Positions 1-8,318 of a stretch of 34,478 nucleotides of DNA are shown here, piece after piece (within the stretch, counting starts at the first letter, position 1; every line of letters begins with the position of its first letter). The notes below the pieces were generated by a model. The model worked only from the letters and a program-made list of their open reading frames with translations. It was not told where the DNA came from and made no database searches. The stretch spans positions 1 through 34,478 of the forward strand of contig CAZKHZ010000005.1 of the NCBI GenBank assembly GCA_964552715.1, written 5' to 3'. Position numbers and translations under genes: made by a program. Origin of the DNA: an uncultured Chitinophagaceae bacterium. GTDB taxonomy: Bacteria; Bacteroidota; Bacteroidia; Chitinophagales; LD1.

Positions 1-777
1 ATACACATCGTCATCTTTAAATAACTCAGCTCTCCATAATATCATTTTTTTTCCTTCATACTCACAGAACGCACCTGAGTATGGTTCTGAAGAAGCATTT
101 ATTTGCCTTAAAATAGCTACTGCTGTATTATTCCAATTTATTTTTCCATCATCTGGGTTTCTTGGGTAGCAGCGCAATGCATCAGTAGGATTTTTGGATT
201 GATGCTCTAAGACATAATTGGAATCACTTTCTAATATCTTGGCTGCTTCGATAAACATTTCAGGAATGCTTTCCGTCATCCACAGGTTTACTTTTCCAAT
301 TCTTGTGTTGATGTTTGCTTCAAAATAGCGTCTAGCAATTATATCTCCTGAGTCTAATTCTCCGCCAATCATTTTATGGATACATAATCCAATTCTTGTT
401 TCTCCATTTATGAGTGCCCATGCTTGGCAAGCATTTCCACGGTATTTGGGCAAATCTCCTCCATGCGCATTTAAAATGCCTAAGCGAAACAATGAAATAA
501 CATCATCTGGAATAACACCTGAATAATTTACACTTAAACAAATATCAATCCCATCCTTTGTAGATTTTAGTTCTTTTATGTCTGTTGCTCTTAGTTTTGG
601 CGTGTATAAATACTCTGCTCCAATTGCGGTGGCAAATGATTCAAAATCTTTTGCTGCTACTTTATACTCAGGAGCTTCTTTTGCTGTAATTATCAATACA
701 ATTTGCCAATCAAGTTTTTGACAAAGTTGCATCGTATTGAACATCAGTTCAGATCTACCAATTACAGCAATATTCAT
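1..777 (-). CDS. Sugar-nucleotide N-formyltransferase (Fmt/ArnA-N-like); 3' end beyond the left window edge
   Basis: Absent from the ORF track because it has no stop in the window. Manual translation from ATG at 777 reads MNIAVIGRSEL...ICLSVNYSGVIP...GILNAHGGDLPKYRGNACQAWALINGE...ELDSGDII...RCYPRNPDDGKINW and stays open to position 1. The N/H/D formyltransferase catalytic residues and the LP.YRG motif are present. Confidence 0.9.
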   Translation of the reverse strand, partial: MNIAVIGRSELMFNTMQLCQKLDWQIVLIITAKEAPEYKVAAKDFESFATAIGAEYLYTPKLRATDIKELKSTKDGIDICLSVNYSGVIPDDVISLFRLGILNAHGGDLPKYRGNACQAWALINGETRIGLCIHKMIGGELDSGDIIARRYFEANINTRIGKVNLWMTESIPEMFIEAAKILESDSNYVLEHQSKNPTDALRCYPRNPDDGKINWNNTAVAILRQINASSEPYSGAFCEYEGKKMILWRAELFKDDDVY

Positions 778-787
778 AGTTTAAAAA

Positions 788-1810
788 TTACCAATATACT
801 TTATTTTCAAATGCAAGAGCTGGATAGTTTGACTCCATGTAATTTTTGTAATCAACACCGTGTAAATTTAGCTGTTTTGCCGAAAGCATACCTTCTGCTA
901 CTTTCAGCCCTCCGGCATGTAGGTCAAACACTGCGCTTGGGTCAATGAAATCAGTGGTGTAACTCATATATCCAAAATTTGCGGGGTTTTCCGGATACTT
1001 TTTACTTTTTATTTTTCCGAAATCTACATTTCCGGCAATATGAATTATTAAATGGTCTTGACTTAGTATATTCTCATTAATTAGTGCATCATCGGTTGCA
1101 CCTACTATTAAATTATTAAGGCTGTGCTCAGCTATTATTATTGTATCAAATTTATCAACTATTTTACTATCAATTTTATTTTCCGATTCTACAGTTTCAA
1201 AATTGTAATTGTTTGAACTTAAAATTTTAAAGATAGGAGTTGTAAACTTTTTACATCCAATCACTAATATGTTAGTGCTAAGTGGGGTTCTTTTTTCTTT
1301 CAATAAAAAGAAGATACAAATAAACCCAATGTAATCCATTGTTTTGAGTCTATCATCTGACTCATTTGTGCCATATACCTTTATCCCTTTTCTTCTGCAG
1401 GCATCAATATCTAATTCCTTGGGTCTAAATTCCCATGGTTCCCACATTAGAGGTATTACACAGTCTGACTTTAATCTAGAGATGAGTGTGCTATTTATTG
1501 GTCTCAAAAAGCCCGTATTGGTTACAAGATCTATGTTAGATAAATCTTCGTTATTTAAGTCTTTTGTAATTCTTATTCTGCCAGAAACACCAAGGCTATC
1601 TGCACATGAGTAAATTTGGTTTTCAATCTCTGCAAAACTTCCATAGTTAGATTCTTTTGCAAATGCAGTTACATTAGCACCACCTAAAGCAGCCAAAATA
1701 GGGGTGCATATATAGTTGCCGGTTGCTGCTTCAGTTAGAATATTTTTATCCGATAAATTTATTTTAAACTTATCGAATGACTTTTTTAGTAAATTATTGA
1801 CTCTTGTCAT
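788..1810 (-). CDS. Hypothetical 340-aa protein of the glycan cluster, with partial resemblance to D-2-hydroxyacid dehydrogenase substrate-binding domains
   Basis: Long ORF in the operon that overlaps the asnB-like gene by 17 bp. Segment ELDIDACRRKGIKVYGTN resembles the (N/H)ID..AA..RGI.V.N motif. No clean GxGxxG. Confidence 0.7.
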   Translation of the reverse strand: MTRVNNLLKKSFDKFKINLSDKNILTEAATGNYICTPILAALGGANVTAFAKESNYGSFAEIENQIYSCADSLGVSGRIRITKDLNNEDLSNIDLVTNTGFLRPINSTLISRLKSDCVIPLMWEPWEFRPKELDIDACRRKGIKVYGTNESDDRLKTMDYIGFICIFFLLKEKRTPLSTNILVIGCKKFTTPIFKILSSNNYNFETVESENKIDSKIVDKFDTIIIAEHSLNNLIVGATDDALINENILSQDHLIIHIAGNVDFGKIKSKKYPENPANFGYMSYTTDFIDPSAVFDLHAGGLKVAEGMLSAKQLNLHGVDYKNYMESNYPALAFENKVYW

Positions 1811-3686
1811 TATTCAAAAAAATTGTGCACCACATTTCAAAATTCATAAAGCTCCAAATCAATAACCTATGGTTGATTCTAAGATTGATATGCTCATCAA
1901 CTATTTTGCGAATGTAGCTTGGATTTATAAATTCAGCACAGGCTAAATTGTTAGCGAGTAAAAGATCTTTTACATATTCGGCATTTTCTCCTCTAAACCA
2001 ACTTTCATCAGGCGAAGAGAATCCCTGTTTTTTCCTATTTAGTATTTTGTCAGGTATAAATTCTTGCATTGCTTTTCTCAATACATTTTTACCATCATCA
2101 AATTCTCTGTAGGCTTTTTTCTTTTGTGCCGTGTTTTCGTCTATTTTTTGAATTTCGTTATGAAGATTTCCAAGTTTATGACGTACCGGAATTTTTTGTG
2201 CAAAATCAACCAAGTCATTATCCATAAATGGAAAGCGCTCCTCTAAACCGTTTGCCATTGAGAGTTTATCACCTACCATAAACAAGCCGGGCAAAAAGGT
2301 TTTAATTTCAAAGTATAATGAATTATTGATGTGATCTTCGGGGGTGTCGTACTTTAAGGTTTCATTAAAAGTGAATACTCGTTCAAAAATTCTGCGTGGT
2401 TCGTCAATATCAATTTTTGAAAAAACATCGGCATTGAATAAGTCCTTTTTATCACTATCGGGTACTAAGCGTTGCCAAAAACTATAATACTGTTCAAAAT
2501 ATTGTGATTGATTTATGGAGTCGAATACTTTATAATATCTCCAGGGGTAGCCACCATATAGTTCATCGCCACCAGTTCCTTGTAGGCACACTTTTACAAA
2601 CTTGGAGGCTAATCGAGATATGTAGTAATTAGGGTACGACATTCCGACCCTTAAATCTTCTAAGTGATAAACAACTTTTGGTAAAGACCAACGCAAGTCT
2701 CCTGCGTTAATTACTTGCTCATAATGTTCAGTTTTGTAAAAATTTGCCATTAATTCAGCATCCCTCCGCTCATCATAGTTCGCCTCTACACCAGTAACTT
2801 CACTCATATCGAAGCCACAGGTAAAGGTGCATAAACGTGGAACGCGCTTTGATGCAATAGCTGTAATTGAACCAGAATCCATGCCACCAGAAAGATAAGA
2901 GCCAACTGGAACATCGGCTATCATTTGTCTTTCCACCGCTTGGGTAAATAAATTTAGGGTTCCGATTCTTGCATCTTCAAAACTCATTTTTTCGTCAGGC
3001 TTTGAAAAATCATAATTCCACCATGATTTGTGTTTTATAAATGAGGTGGTTTTATCAATGCCTACGGTGTTTGCTGGAGGCAGTAACGCCAAACCTTTAA
3101 AAAATGTGCGAAATGAGAATAAATTTTGGAAGGTGAAGTATTCATTTACAGCATCCAAATCTACTTCTTTCTTAAAATCAGGGTGCTCTAAAATTGCTTT
3201 AATTTCTGATGCGAAAACAAAGCTGTTTTTATTTAGCCAATAGTAAAGAGGTTTAATCCCGAAGCGGTCTCTGCTCAAATAGAGTTTCTTTTCTTTACTG
3301 TTCCATGCTCCTATGGCAAACATTCCGTTTAGACGTTCGAAAAATGCGGTGCCGTATGCTGCTAAACCTTCAGCAATTACTTCGGTATCTGTTCCTGATA
3401 TAAAAGTATAACCAAGAGCGAGTAGTTCGTTTTTTAATTCAGGAAAATTATAGATGCAACCGTTAAAAACAATTGTCCATTCTGAATTTTTAGAGCGCAT
3501 CGGTTGAGAGCCTTTTACAGATGTATCTAAAATGGAAAGTCTTCGATGCGCAAAACCAATGTTTTCATCTATCCAAAAACCTTCACTATCAGGACCGCGA
3601 TGTGAAATTTTGTCTGCCATTTTTTTTAGCAAACTTTGCTCGCACTTTGCTCCGTTTAAGTTGAAAACGCCTGCTATTCCACACAT
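1794..3686 (-). CDS. asnB: Asparagine synthase (glutamine-hydrolysing)-like amidotransferase, probably amidating a polysaccharide sugar
   Basis: N-terminal MCGIAG (Ntn Cys nucleophile), HRGPD, RDRFGIKPLYY, PP-loop SYLSGGMDS, GGDELYGGY and RKKQGF; lies in a glycan cluster. Confidence 0.92.
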   Translation of the reverse strand: MCGIAGVFNLNGAKCEQSLLKKMADKISHRGPDSEGFWIDENIGFAHRRLSILDTSVKGSQPMRSKNSEWTIVFNGCIYNFPELKNELLALGYTFISGTDTEVIAEGLAAYGTAFFERLNGMFAIGAWNSKEKKLYLSRDRFGIKPLYYWLNKNSFVFASEIKAILEHPDFKKEVDLDAVNEYFTFQNLFSFRTFFKGLALLPPANTVGIDKTTSFIKHKSWWNYDFSKPDEKMSFEDARIGTLNLFTQAVERQMIADVPVGSYLSGGMDSGSITAIASKRVPRLCTFTCGFDMSEVTGVEANYDERRDAELMANFYKTEHYEQVINAGDLRWSLPKVVYHLEDLRVGMSYPNYYISRLASKFVKVCLQGTGGDELYGGYPWRYYKVFDSINQSQYFEQYYSFWQRLVPDSDKKDLFNADVFSKIDIDEPRRIFERVFTFNETLKYDTPEDHINNSLYFEIKTFLPGLFMVGDKLSMANGLEERFPFMDNDLVDFAQKIPVRHKLGNLHNEIQKIDENTAQKKKAYREFDDGKNVLRKAMQEFIPDKILNRKKQGFSSPDESWFRGENAEYVKDLLLANNLACAEFINPSYIRKIVDEHINLRINHRLLIWSFMNFEMWCTIFLNNDKSQ

Positions 3687-3738
3687 ATTTTACAAAAGAC
3701 ATTTAATTGTTGCCTATTTTCAATTTTAAATGATAAGC

Positions 3739-4689
3739 TCATTTTTTGAATCTTCCTGAAAAACACGCTTCCTCTTGATGAAAATACGTTATAGATAAAT
3801 GGTTGTCTGATACAATTTTTTTGTACTCAGTTTCAGAATATCTTGATGCATTGCTAGGTGAATACCAATCGAAATTTACGGATTTGGATGTTTCAAATCC
3901 TAACTCACTGTTCCAAAAGCATTTTAAAAAGTTCCAGTAAATAAAACGTTGTAAATCGTATTCGCCTCCTTTAATATCAAGTAGCGGAATATCGGGACAC
4001 TGGATTTTCACATTTAATGCAGATAGATTTTTACCAAGCACTGTTAGTGCCTCTGAGAGTTCCCAAATTTGCTCTTTGGAGAGCGTTTTAGAGAATTCTC
4101 TGAAATGTTCATCTAATAGCTCTCTTGGCAAAGCTTTTTTTGCATAAACATAGCAAGCAAATTCACCGCCAATTTTTGTGATTGAGGTGAGGTGAGCAAA
4201 TGTTTTTTCGGGAAATTCGGTATGATGAATTACTTGGTCGCAACTTACATAATCAACGCAATTTTCTTTAATCCCCGTATCTGCAATATCCCCCCTTACA
4301 AAGTAGAGATTTTTAATGTGTTTATAGTTCTTGGCAGCAATATTTGCAGCTTCAGAAAAGTCCATGCCAATTACTATTGCATCGGGTGCTAATTGGGCAA
4401 ACCATGCTGCTTTATATCCAAGTCCACATCCTGCGTCTAAGATGACTTTGCCTTTTAAGAAATTGCCTAAATCGGCTTCGCTTTTAAATCCATAAAGCTC
4501 TAAGTACCACTTGTATTGGAGATTATAAAAGTCTGTAAGGCTCTTATCTTCTTGTTTATCAAATGCAGTCCATTTTTCTGAGAAGGCCTCATTTGTATGC
4601 TGCTGATTATCAAAAGAAGAAAAGTTTGCCCGAACAATAAAATTATCTTTTGCAATTACATTCTCCTTAAACAAGTTTCTTACATCCAT
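3739..4689 (-). CDS. Class I SAM-dependent methyltransferase
   Basis: Motif I ILDAGCGLG, IGMDFS, VRGDI, VIHHT and GGEFACYVY. Confidence 0.88.
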   Translation of the reverse strand: MDVRNLFKENVIAKDNFIVRANFSSFDNQQHTNEAFSEKWTAFDKQEDKSLTDFYNLQYKWYLELYGFKSEADLGNFLKGKVILDAGCGLGYKAAWFAQLAPDAIVIGMDFSEAANIAAKNYKHIKNLYFVRGDIADTGIKENCVDYVSCDQVIHHTEFPEKTFAHLTSITKIGGEFACYVYAKKALPRELLDEHFREFSKTLSKEQIWELSEALTVLGKNLSALNVKIQCPDIPLLDIKGGEYDLQRFIYWNFLKCFWNSELGFETSKSVNFDWYSPSNASRYSETEYKKIVSDNHLSITYFHQEEACFSGRFKK

Positions 4690-4690
4690 T

Positions 4691-5833
4691 TTATGCTAAG
4701 GTTTTAATCACTTCAACAATATATTTAAAATCATCCTCATTCATCCTGTTATGAAGCGGTATAGCAATGCTTAAATTATTTGCTTTCATGGCACCTGGAA
4801 AATCTTCTGGTTTAAAGCCATATTTTTCTTTATAAAATCCAAGCATGTGTACAGCATGTGTTCCCGGGCGGGTAGAAATTCCTTTTTCTTGCAAATATTC
4901 CATTAAATCGTTTCGCTTTAAAGGAGCTTTTTGTTCATCAACTAAACAAACATAAGACTGCCATCCATGTTTGTAACCTTGAGGCACTAATGGTGTTTGA
5001 AGCCAAGTTAACTCTGAAAATTGTTCATTGTAGAAAGTTGCCCACTTTTGCCTTTCATCAATAAACTTATCTAGTTTCTTTATCTGCACAACACCAACTG
5101 CACCCTGCAAATCAGTCATGCGATAATTAAATCCCATAATATTAAACTCTGGAAGAATGTATGGTTTAGGACCTTTGTGGCGCTGCTCTTCAGATATAGA
5201 TGCCCCATGATTGCGCAACATATCTAAGTGGTGAGCCACCTCATCATTGTTTGTGGTAAGCATTCCGCCTTCGCCCGTTGTTACAGATTTGCGTGGATGC
5301 AGAGAGAAACAACCTATATCGCCCAAGCTTCCGGCCGGTTTGCCATGCAAGCCCGCACCAGCAGCACACGCGGCATCCTCCACAATTTTAAGCGTTGGAA
5401 ATTCGGTTTTGATTGCCTCAACATCTGCGCATAAACCAAATAAATGTACAGGTATGATAGCGGTTGTTTTTGCAGTTATCTTGTCCTTGATTTTTGCAAT
5501 ATCAATATTGAATGTATTGGGGTTAATATCAACAAATACAGGAACTGCATTGCAATACAAAACTGCATTTGCTGTAGAGACCCAAGTAAACGCAGGTACA
5601 ATAACTTCGTCACCTGGCTGCACACCCACCGCTAGCAATGCTAAGTGCAAGGCGGTGGTGCAATTACTTACCGCCAAGGTGTGTTTCACCTGATGTCTTT
5701 CGGCAAATAATTTTTGAAGTTTTGCAACCTGAGGTCCTTGAGTAAGCCAACCGCTAAAAATAGGTTCTTTCAAAGCTTCCCATTCTTCTTGCCCCATCAG
5801 CGGTTGCGAAATTTGTATAACACGATTTTCCAT
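4691..5833 (-). CDS. DegT/DnrJ/EryC1/StrS PLP-dependent sugar aminotransferase
   Basis: LTQGP, SNCTTALHLAL, GDEVIVPAFT, IIPVHLFG, EDAACA, FSLHPRKSVTTGEGG (PLP lysine) and GFNYRM. Confidence 0.95.
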   Translation of the reverse strand: MENRVIQISQPLMGQEEWEALKEPIFSGWLTQGPQVAKLQKLFAERHQVKHTLAVSNCTTALHLALLAVGVQPGDEVIVPAFTWVSTANAVLYCNAVPVFVDINPNTFNIDIAKIKDKITAKTTAIIPVHLFGLCADVEAIKTEFPTLKIVEDAACAAGAGLHGKPAGSLGDIGCFSLHPRKSVTTGEGGMLTTNNDEVAHHLDMLRNHGASISEEQRHKGPKPYILPEFNIMGFNYRMTDLQGAVGVVQIKKLDKFIDERQKWATFYNEQFSELTWLQTPLVPQGYKHGWQSYVCLVDEQKAPLKRNDLMEYLQEKGISTRPGTHAVHMLGFYKEKYGFKPEDFPGAMKANNLSIAIPLHNRMNEDDFKYIVEVIKTLA

Positions 5834-6810
5834 TAGTTTGCTTTGTTCTTTTCTCTCCAGTCAATGAGCTTTTGCAAGCCTTCTTTCAATTCATATTGGT
5901 AGGTGAAGCTTAATTCATCAGTTGCTTTTTTGCGAGCGCCAATTCTATTTTGCACTAATGCGCGTGCATCATCTGCACTATATGGTTTGTAATTTACTTT
6001 TAGGTCAGAGGTTTTAAGCTTTAAGATTAAATCGCAAAGTTCTTTAATAGAGGTTTGCACTTCGGTGCCTACATTATAAAATCCAAAGTTGGTATCGCTT
6101 TTTAAAGCCAATGCATTGCATCGTGCAACATCTTCTACGTAAATAAAGTCATAAGCCTGACTTCCATCTCCGTTAATTTCAGGAGCTTCGTTGGCATCAA
6201 TTTTATTCAACATTATTGGAATCACTCCCGTGTATGCTGCCGTTTGGTCTTGGTGCGGTCCGTAAACATTCATATATCGAAGACCAATTACAGGCAGGTT
6301 GTACCTCTCATTGAATGCAGTGCACATAGCTTCTCCAGCTATCTTGGTTGCTCCATAAAAATTTTTGTTGTTGAAAGGATGGCTCTCAGTCATAGGCAAT
6401 TCAACAGCATCGCCATACACAGATGCCGAAGATGACCACACTAATTTCTTAATATTATTTTTTACACAGGCTTCAAGGATGTTGAAAGTACCTGCAATGT
6501 TTACATCAAAGGCGGTGCGTGGATAATCCTTACAATGCAGTAACCACATAGCAGCCAGTGAAACAACATAATCTTTGCCTTTCACGGCATCGTTTAGAAT
6601 GTCTGTTTCGCGAATATCCCCTCCATTGGCATAAACAGAACAGCGAGGGTCTTTAAGTTGCTCTTTTAGATAATCTATTTTGCCCCTTGCAAAGTTGTCG
6701 TAAACAATTACTTCAGCAACATCTTCTTTTAACAATTCTGCAACTACAAAGCTGCCGATAAACCCTCCGCCTCCAATAACTAATATTTTTGCCTGCGATA
6801 ATTCTGTCAT
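5833..6810 (-). CDS. NAD-dependent nucleotide-sugar epimerase/dehydratase (extended SDR)
   Basis: GGGGFIG Rossmann motif, SSSASVYG, YGATK (YxxxK), LRYMNVYGP and DFIYVEDVA; 1-bp overlap with the DegT gene. Confidence 0.93.
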   Translation of the reverse strand: MTELSQAKILVIGGGGFIGSFVVAELLKEDVAEVIVYDNFARGKIDYLKEQLKDPRCSVYANGGDIRETDILNDAVKGKDYVVSLAAMWLLHCKDYPRTAFDVNIAGTFNILEACVKNNIKKLVWSSSASVYGDAVELPMTESHPFNNKNFYGATKIAGEAMCTAFNERYNLPVIGLRYMNVYGPHQDQTAAYTGVIPIMLNKIDANEAPEINGDGSQAYDFIYVEDVARCNALALKSDTNFGFYNVGTEVQTSIKELCDLILKLKTSDLKVNYKPYSADDARALVQNRIGARKKATDELSFTYQYELKEGLQKLIDWREKNKAN

Positions 6811-6891
6811 TTTAAATTTTTGCGCTGCAAAGAAAAGCGTTTTGGGCTATAAACATAAAGTAAAAAGAAATCAATTAGGCAAGCGCAATTA

Positions 6892-8094
6892 TTAGGAAGT
6901 GTGGCTTCGGTTTATGTATAACTCGTAAACTTGACGCGCGATAGCAAAACAAGCAGTGGCTGCAGGAGAAGGGGCATTTAAAACATGAATTTCATTTTCA
7001 CTTACTTCATAAACAAAATCATCCACAATACCATTTTTATCTAATGCTTGCGCTCTTATTCCGGATGTGTATCCATTTACCATATCCCAATTGAAACCAG
7101 ACCAATACTTTTGAACACTTTCGCTGAAATACCTTTTGCTTGTTTGTTTCATAATCTCCTGAAAGGCAGTTTTTCGATATTTGTAAATAACCTTATACAA
7201 ACCTTTTGCTGTGAATGCCTCAAAAGCATCTTTTAGATTAAAACCAAAATTATTATATGCTTCTCTGTCTAATACTAATACGGCATTTGGACCTAATTTT
7301 ACTGTTCCGTCTAACATGCGGGTTATGTGAATGCCTAAAAAAGGAAAGTTAGGATTTGGTACAGGGTAAATTGGAATTTCAGCATTGTAACTGCCTTCTT
7401 TTAGTTTGTAGTATTCACCTTTAAATGGGGTGATTGTTATAGGGCATTTTTTTTGGGTAATTAAACTATAAACTCTGTCACATTGCAATCCTGCTGCATT
7501 TACAACAAGGTTTGTTGAAATAATTTTGTCTTTTGAAGCAATGGTAAATCCCGAGTCGGTTTTTATGATTTTTTCTGCCTGAAAGTTATAATAAATAGTT
7601 GCGCCAGTTTGCTGTAATAATTCCAGTATTTTTTTTGAAACCAAGCTATAGTCAGTCAATCCCGTTTCGGAGACCCAAACGGCTTTTTTACAACTTAAAC
7701 CTTCCTGAATTTCTTTTAACTCTTGATTGCCAATGTATTTCAAATTTAATCCGCAAGCAATGCCGTTATCATATAGTTTTTCAAGTGCGACAAGTTCATT
7801 TTCATTGGTGGCAACAATAACTTTTCCGGTGATTTTATGTGGTATAGAATGCGCTTTCAAAAAATCCAACATCAAGCCATAACCTTCAATACAGTTTTTT
7901 GATTTGTAGGAGCCTTGTTTATAGTAAATACCAGAGTGAATTACGCCACTGTTTCTGCCTGTTTGATGTAAGTTAATTTCATTCTCTTTTTCAAGAATGG
8001 AAATGCTTATTCCTGGTTGCTCTTGTGCAAATTTCCATGCAATACTTAAACCTACTATACCCGATCCAATTATGGAGATGTCAAATTGACGCAT
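6892..8094 (-). CDS. lhgO: L-2-hydroxyglutarate oxidase/dehydrogenase (FAD)
   Basis: IIGSGIVG, HQTGRNSGVIHSGIYY, PFKGEY, IYPVPNPNFPFLGIH, GPNA, SGIRAQA and HVLNAPSPAATA. Start placed at ATG 8094 (MRQFDI) because a -7 promoter box lies inside the longer 8130 ORF extension. Confidence 0.9.
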   Translation of the reverse strand: MRQFDISIIGSGIVGLSIAWKFAQEQPGISISILEKENEINLHQTGRNSGVIHSGIYYKQGSYKSKNCIEGYGLMLDFLKAHSIPHKITGKVIVATNENELVALEKLYDNGIACGLNLKYIGNQELKEIQEGLSCKKAVWVSETGLTDYSLVSKKILELLQQTGATIYYNFQAEKIIKTDSGFTIASKDKIISTNLVVNAAGLQCDRVYSLITQKKCPITITPFKGEYYKLKEGSYNAEIPIYPVPNPNFPFLGIHITRMLDGTVKLGPNAVLVLDREAYNNFGFNLKDAFEAFTAKGLYKVIYKYRKTAFQEIMKQTSKRYFSESVQKYWSGFNWDMVNGYTSGIRAQALDKNGIVDDFVYEVSENEIHVLNAPSPAATACFAIARQVYELYINRSHTS

Positions 8095-8109
8095 GTTTCT
8101 ATTTTGATG

Positions 8110-8117
8110 CAAATGTA
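8110..8117 (-). promoter_or_regulatory. Bacteroidota sigma-A -7 element for lhgO / the glycan cluster
   Basis: Reverse complement TACATTTG matches TAnnTTTG, 15 nt upstream of ATG 8094. Confidence 0.6.
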
Positions 8118-8318
8118 AATGAATAATCAATTTGGGCTTTTACTTTAAACAAAAATTAATCGTATAATCGTTTTGCTTGGGGGATAAAACCAACTTCAAT
8201 AAAATGCAGTCTTTATTTCTGAACACTCAACCGCGAGATTGAGTAATTTCTTGCATCAGAAATAATTGACTTGCCAAAATAGTAAGTAAATTGTCCTCTA
8301 ATTAGTAATTAGTTATCT

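Noticed and set aside
8095-8130. Longer N-termini in the ORF track (lhgO 8130, LytTR 19883, hbd 21679, OM barrel 29620, etfB 29816)
   Set aside because: The extensions contain promoter-like boxes or repeats, and the family motifs begin at the downstream ATGs.
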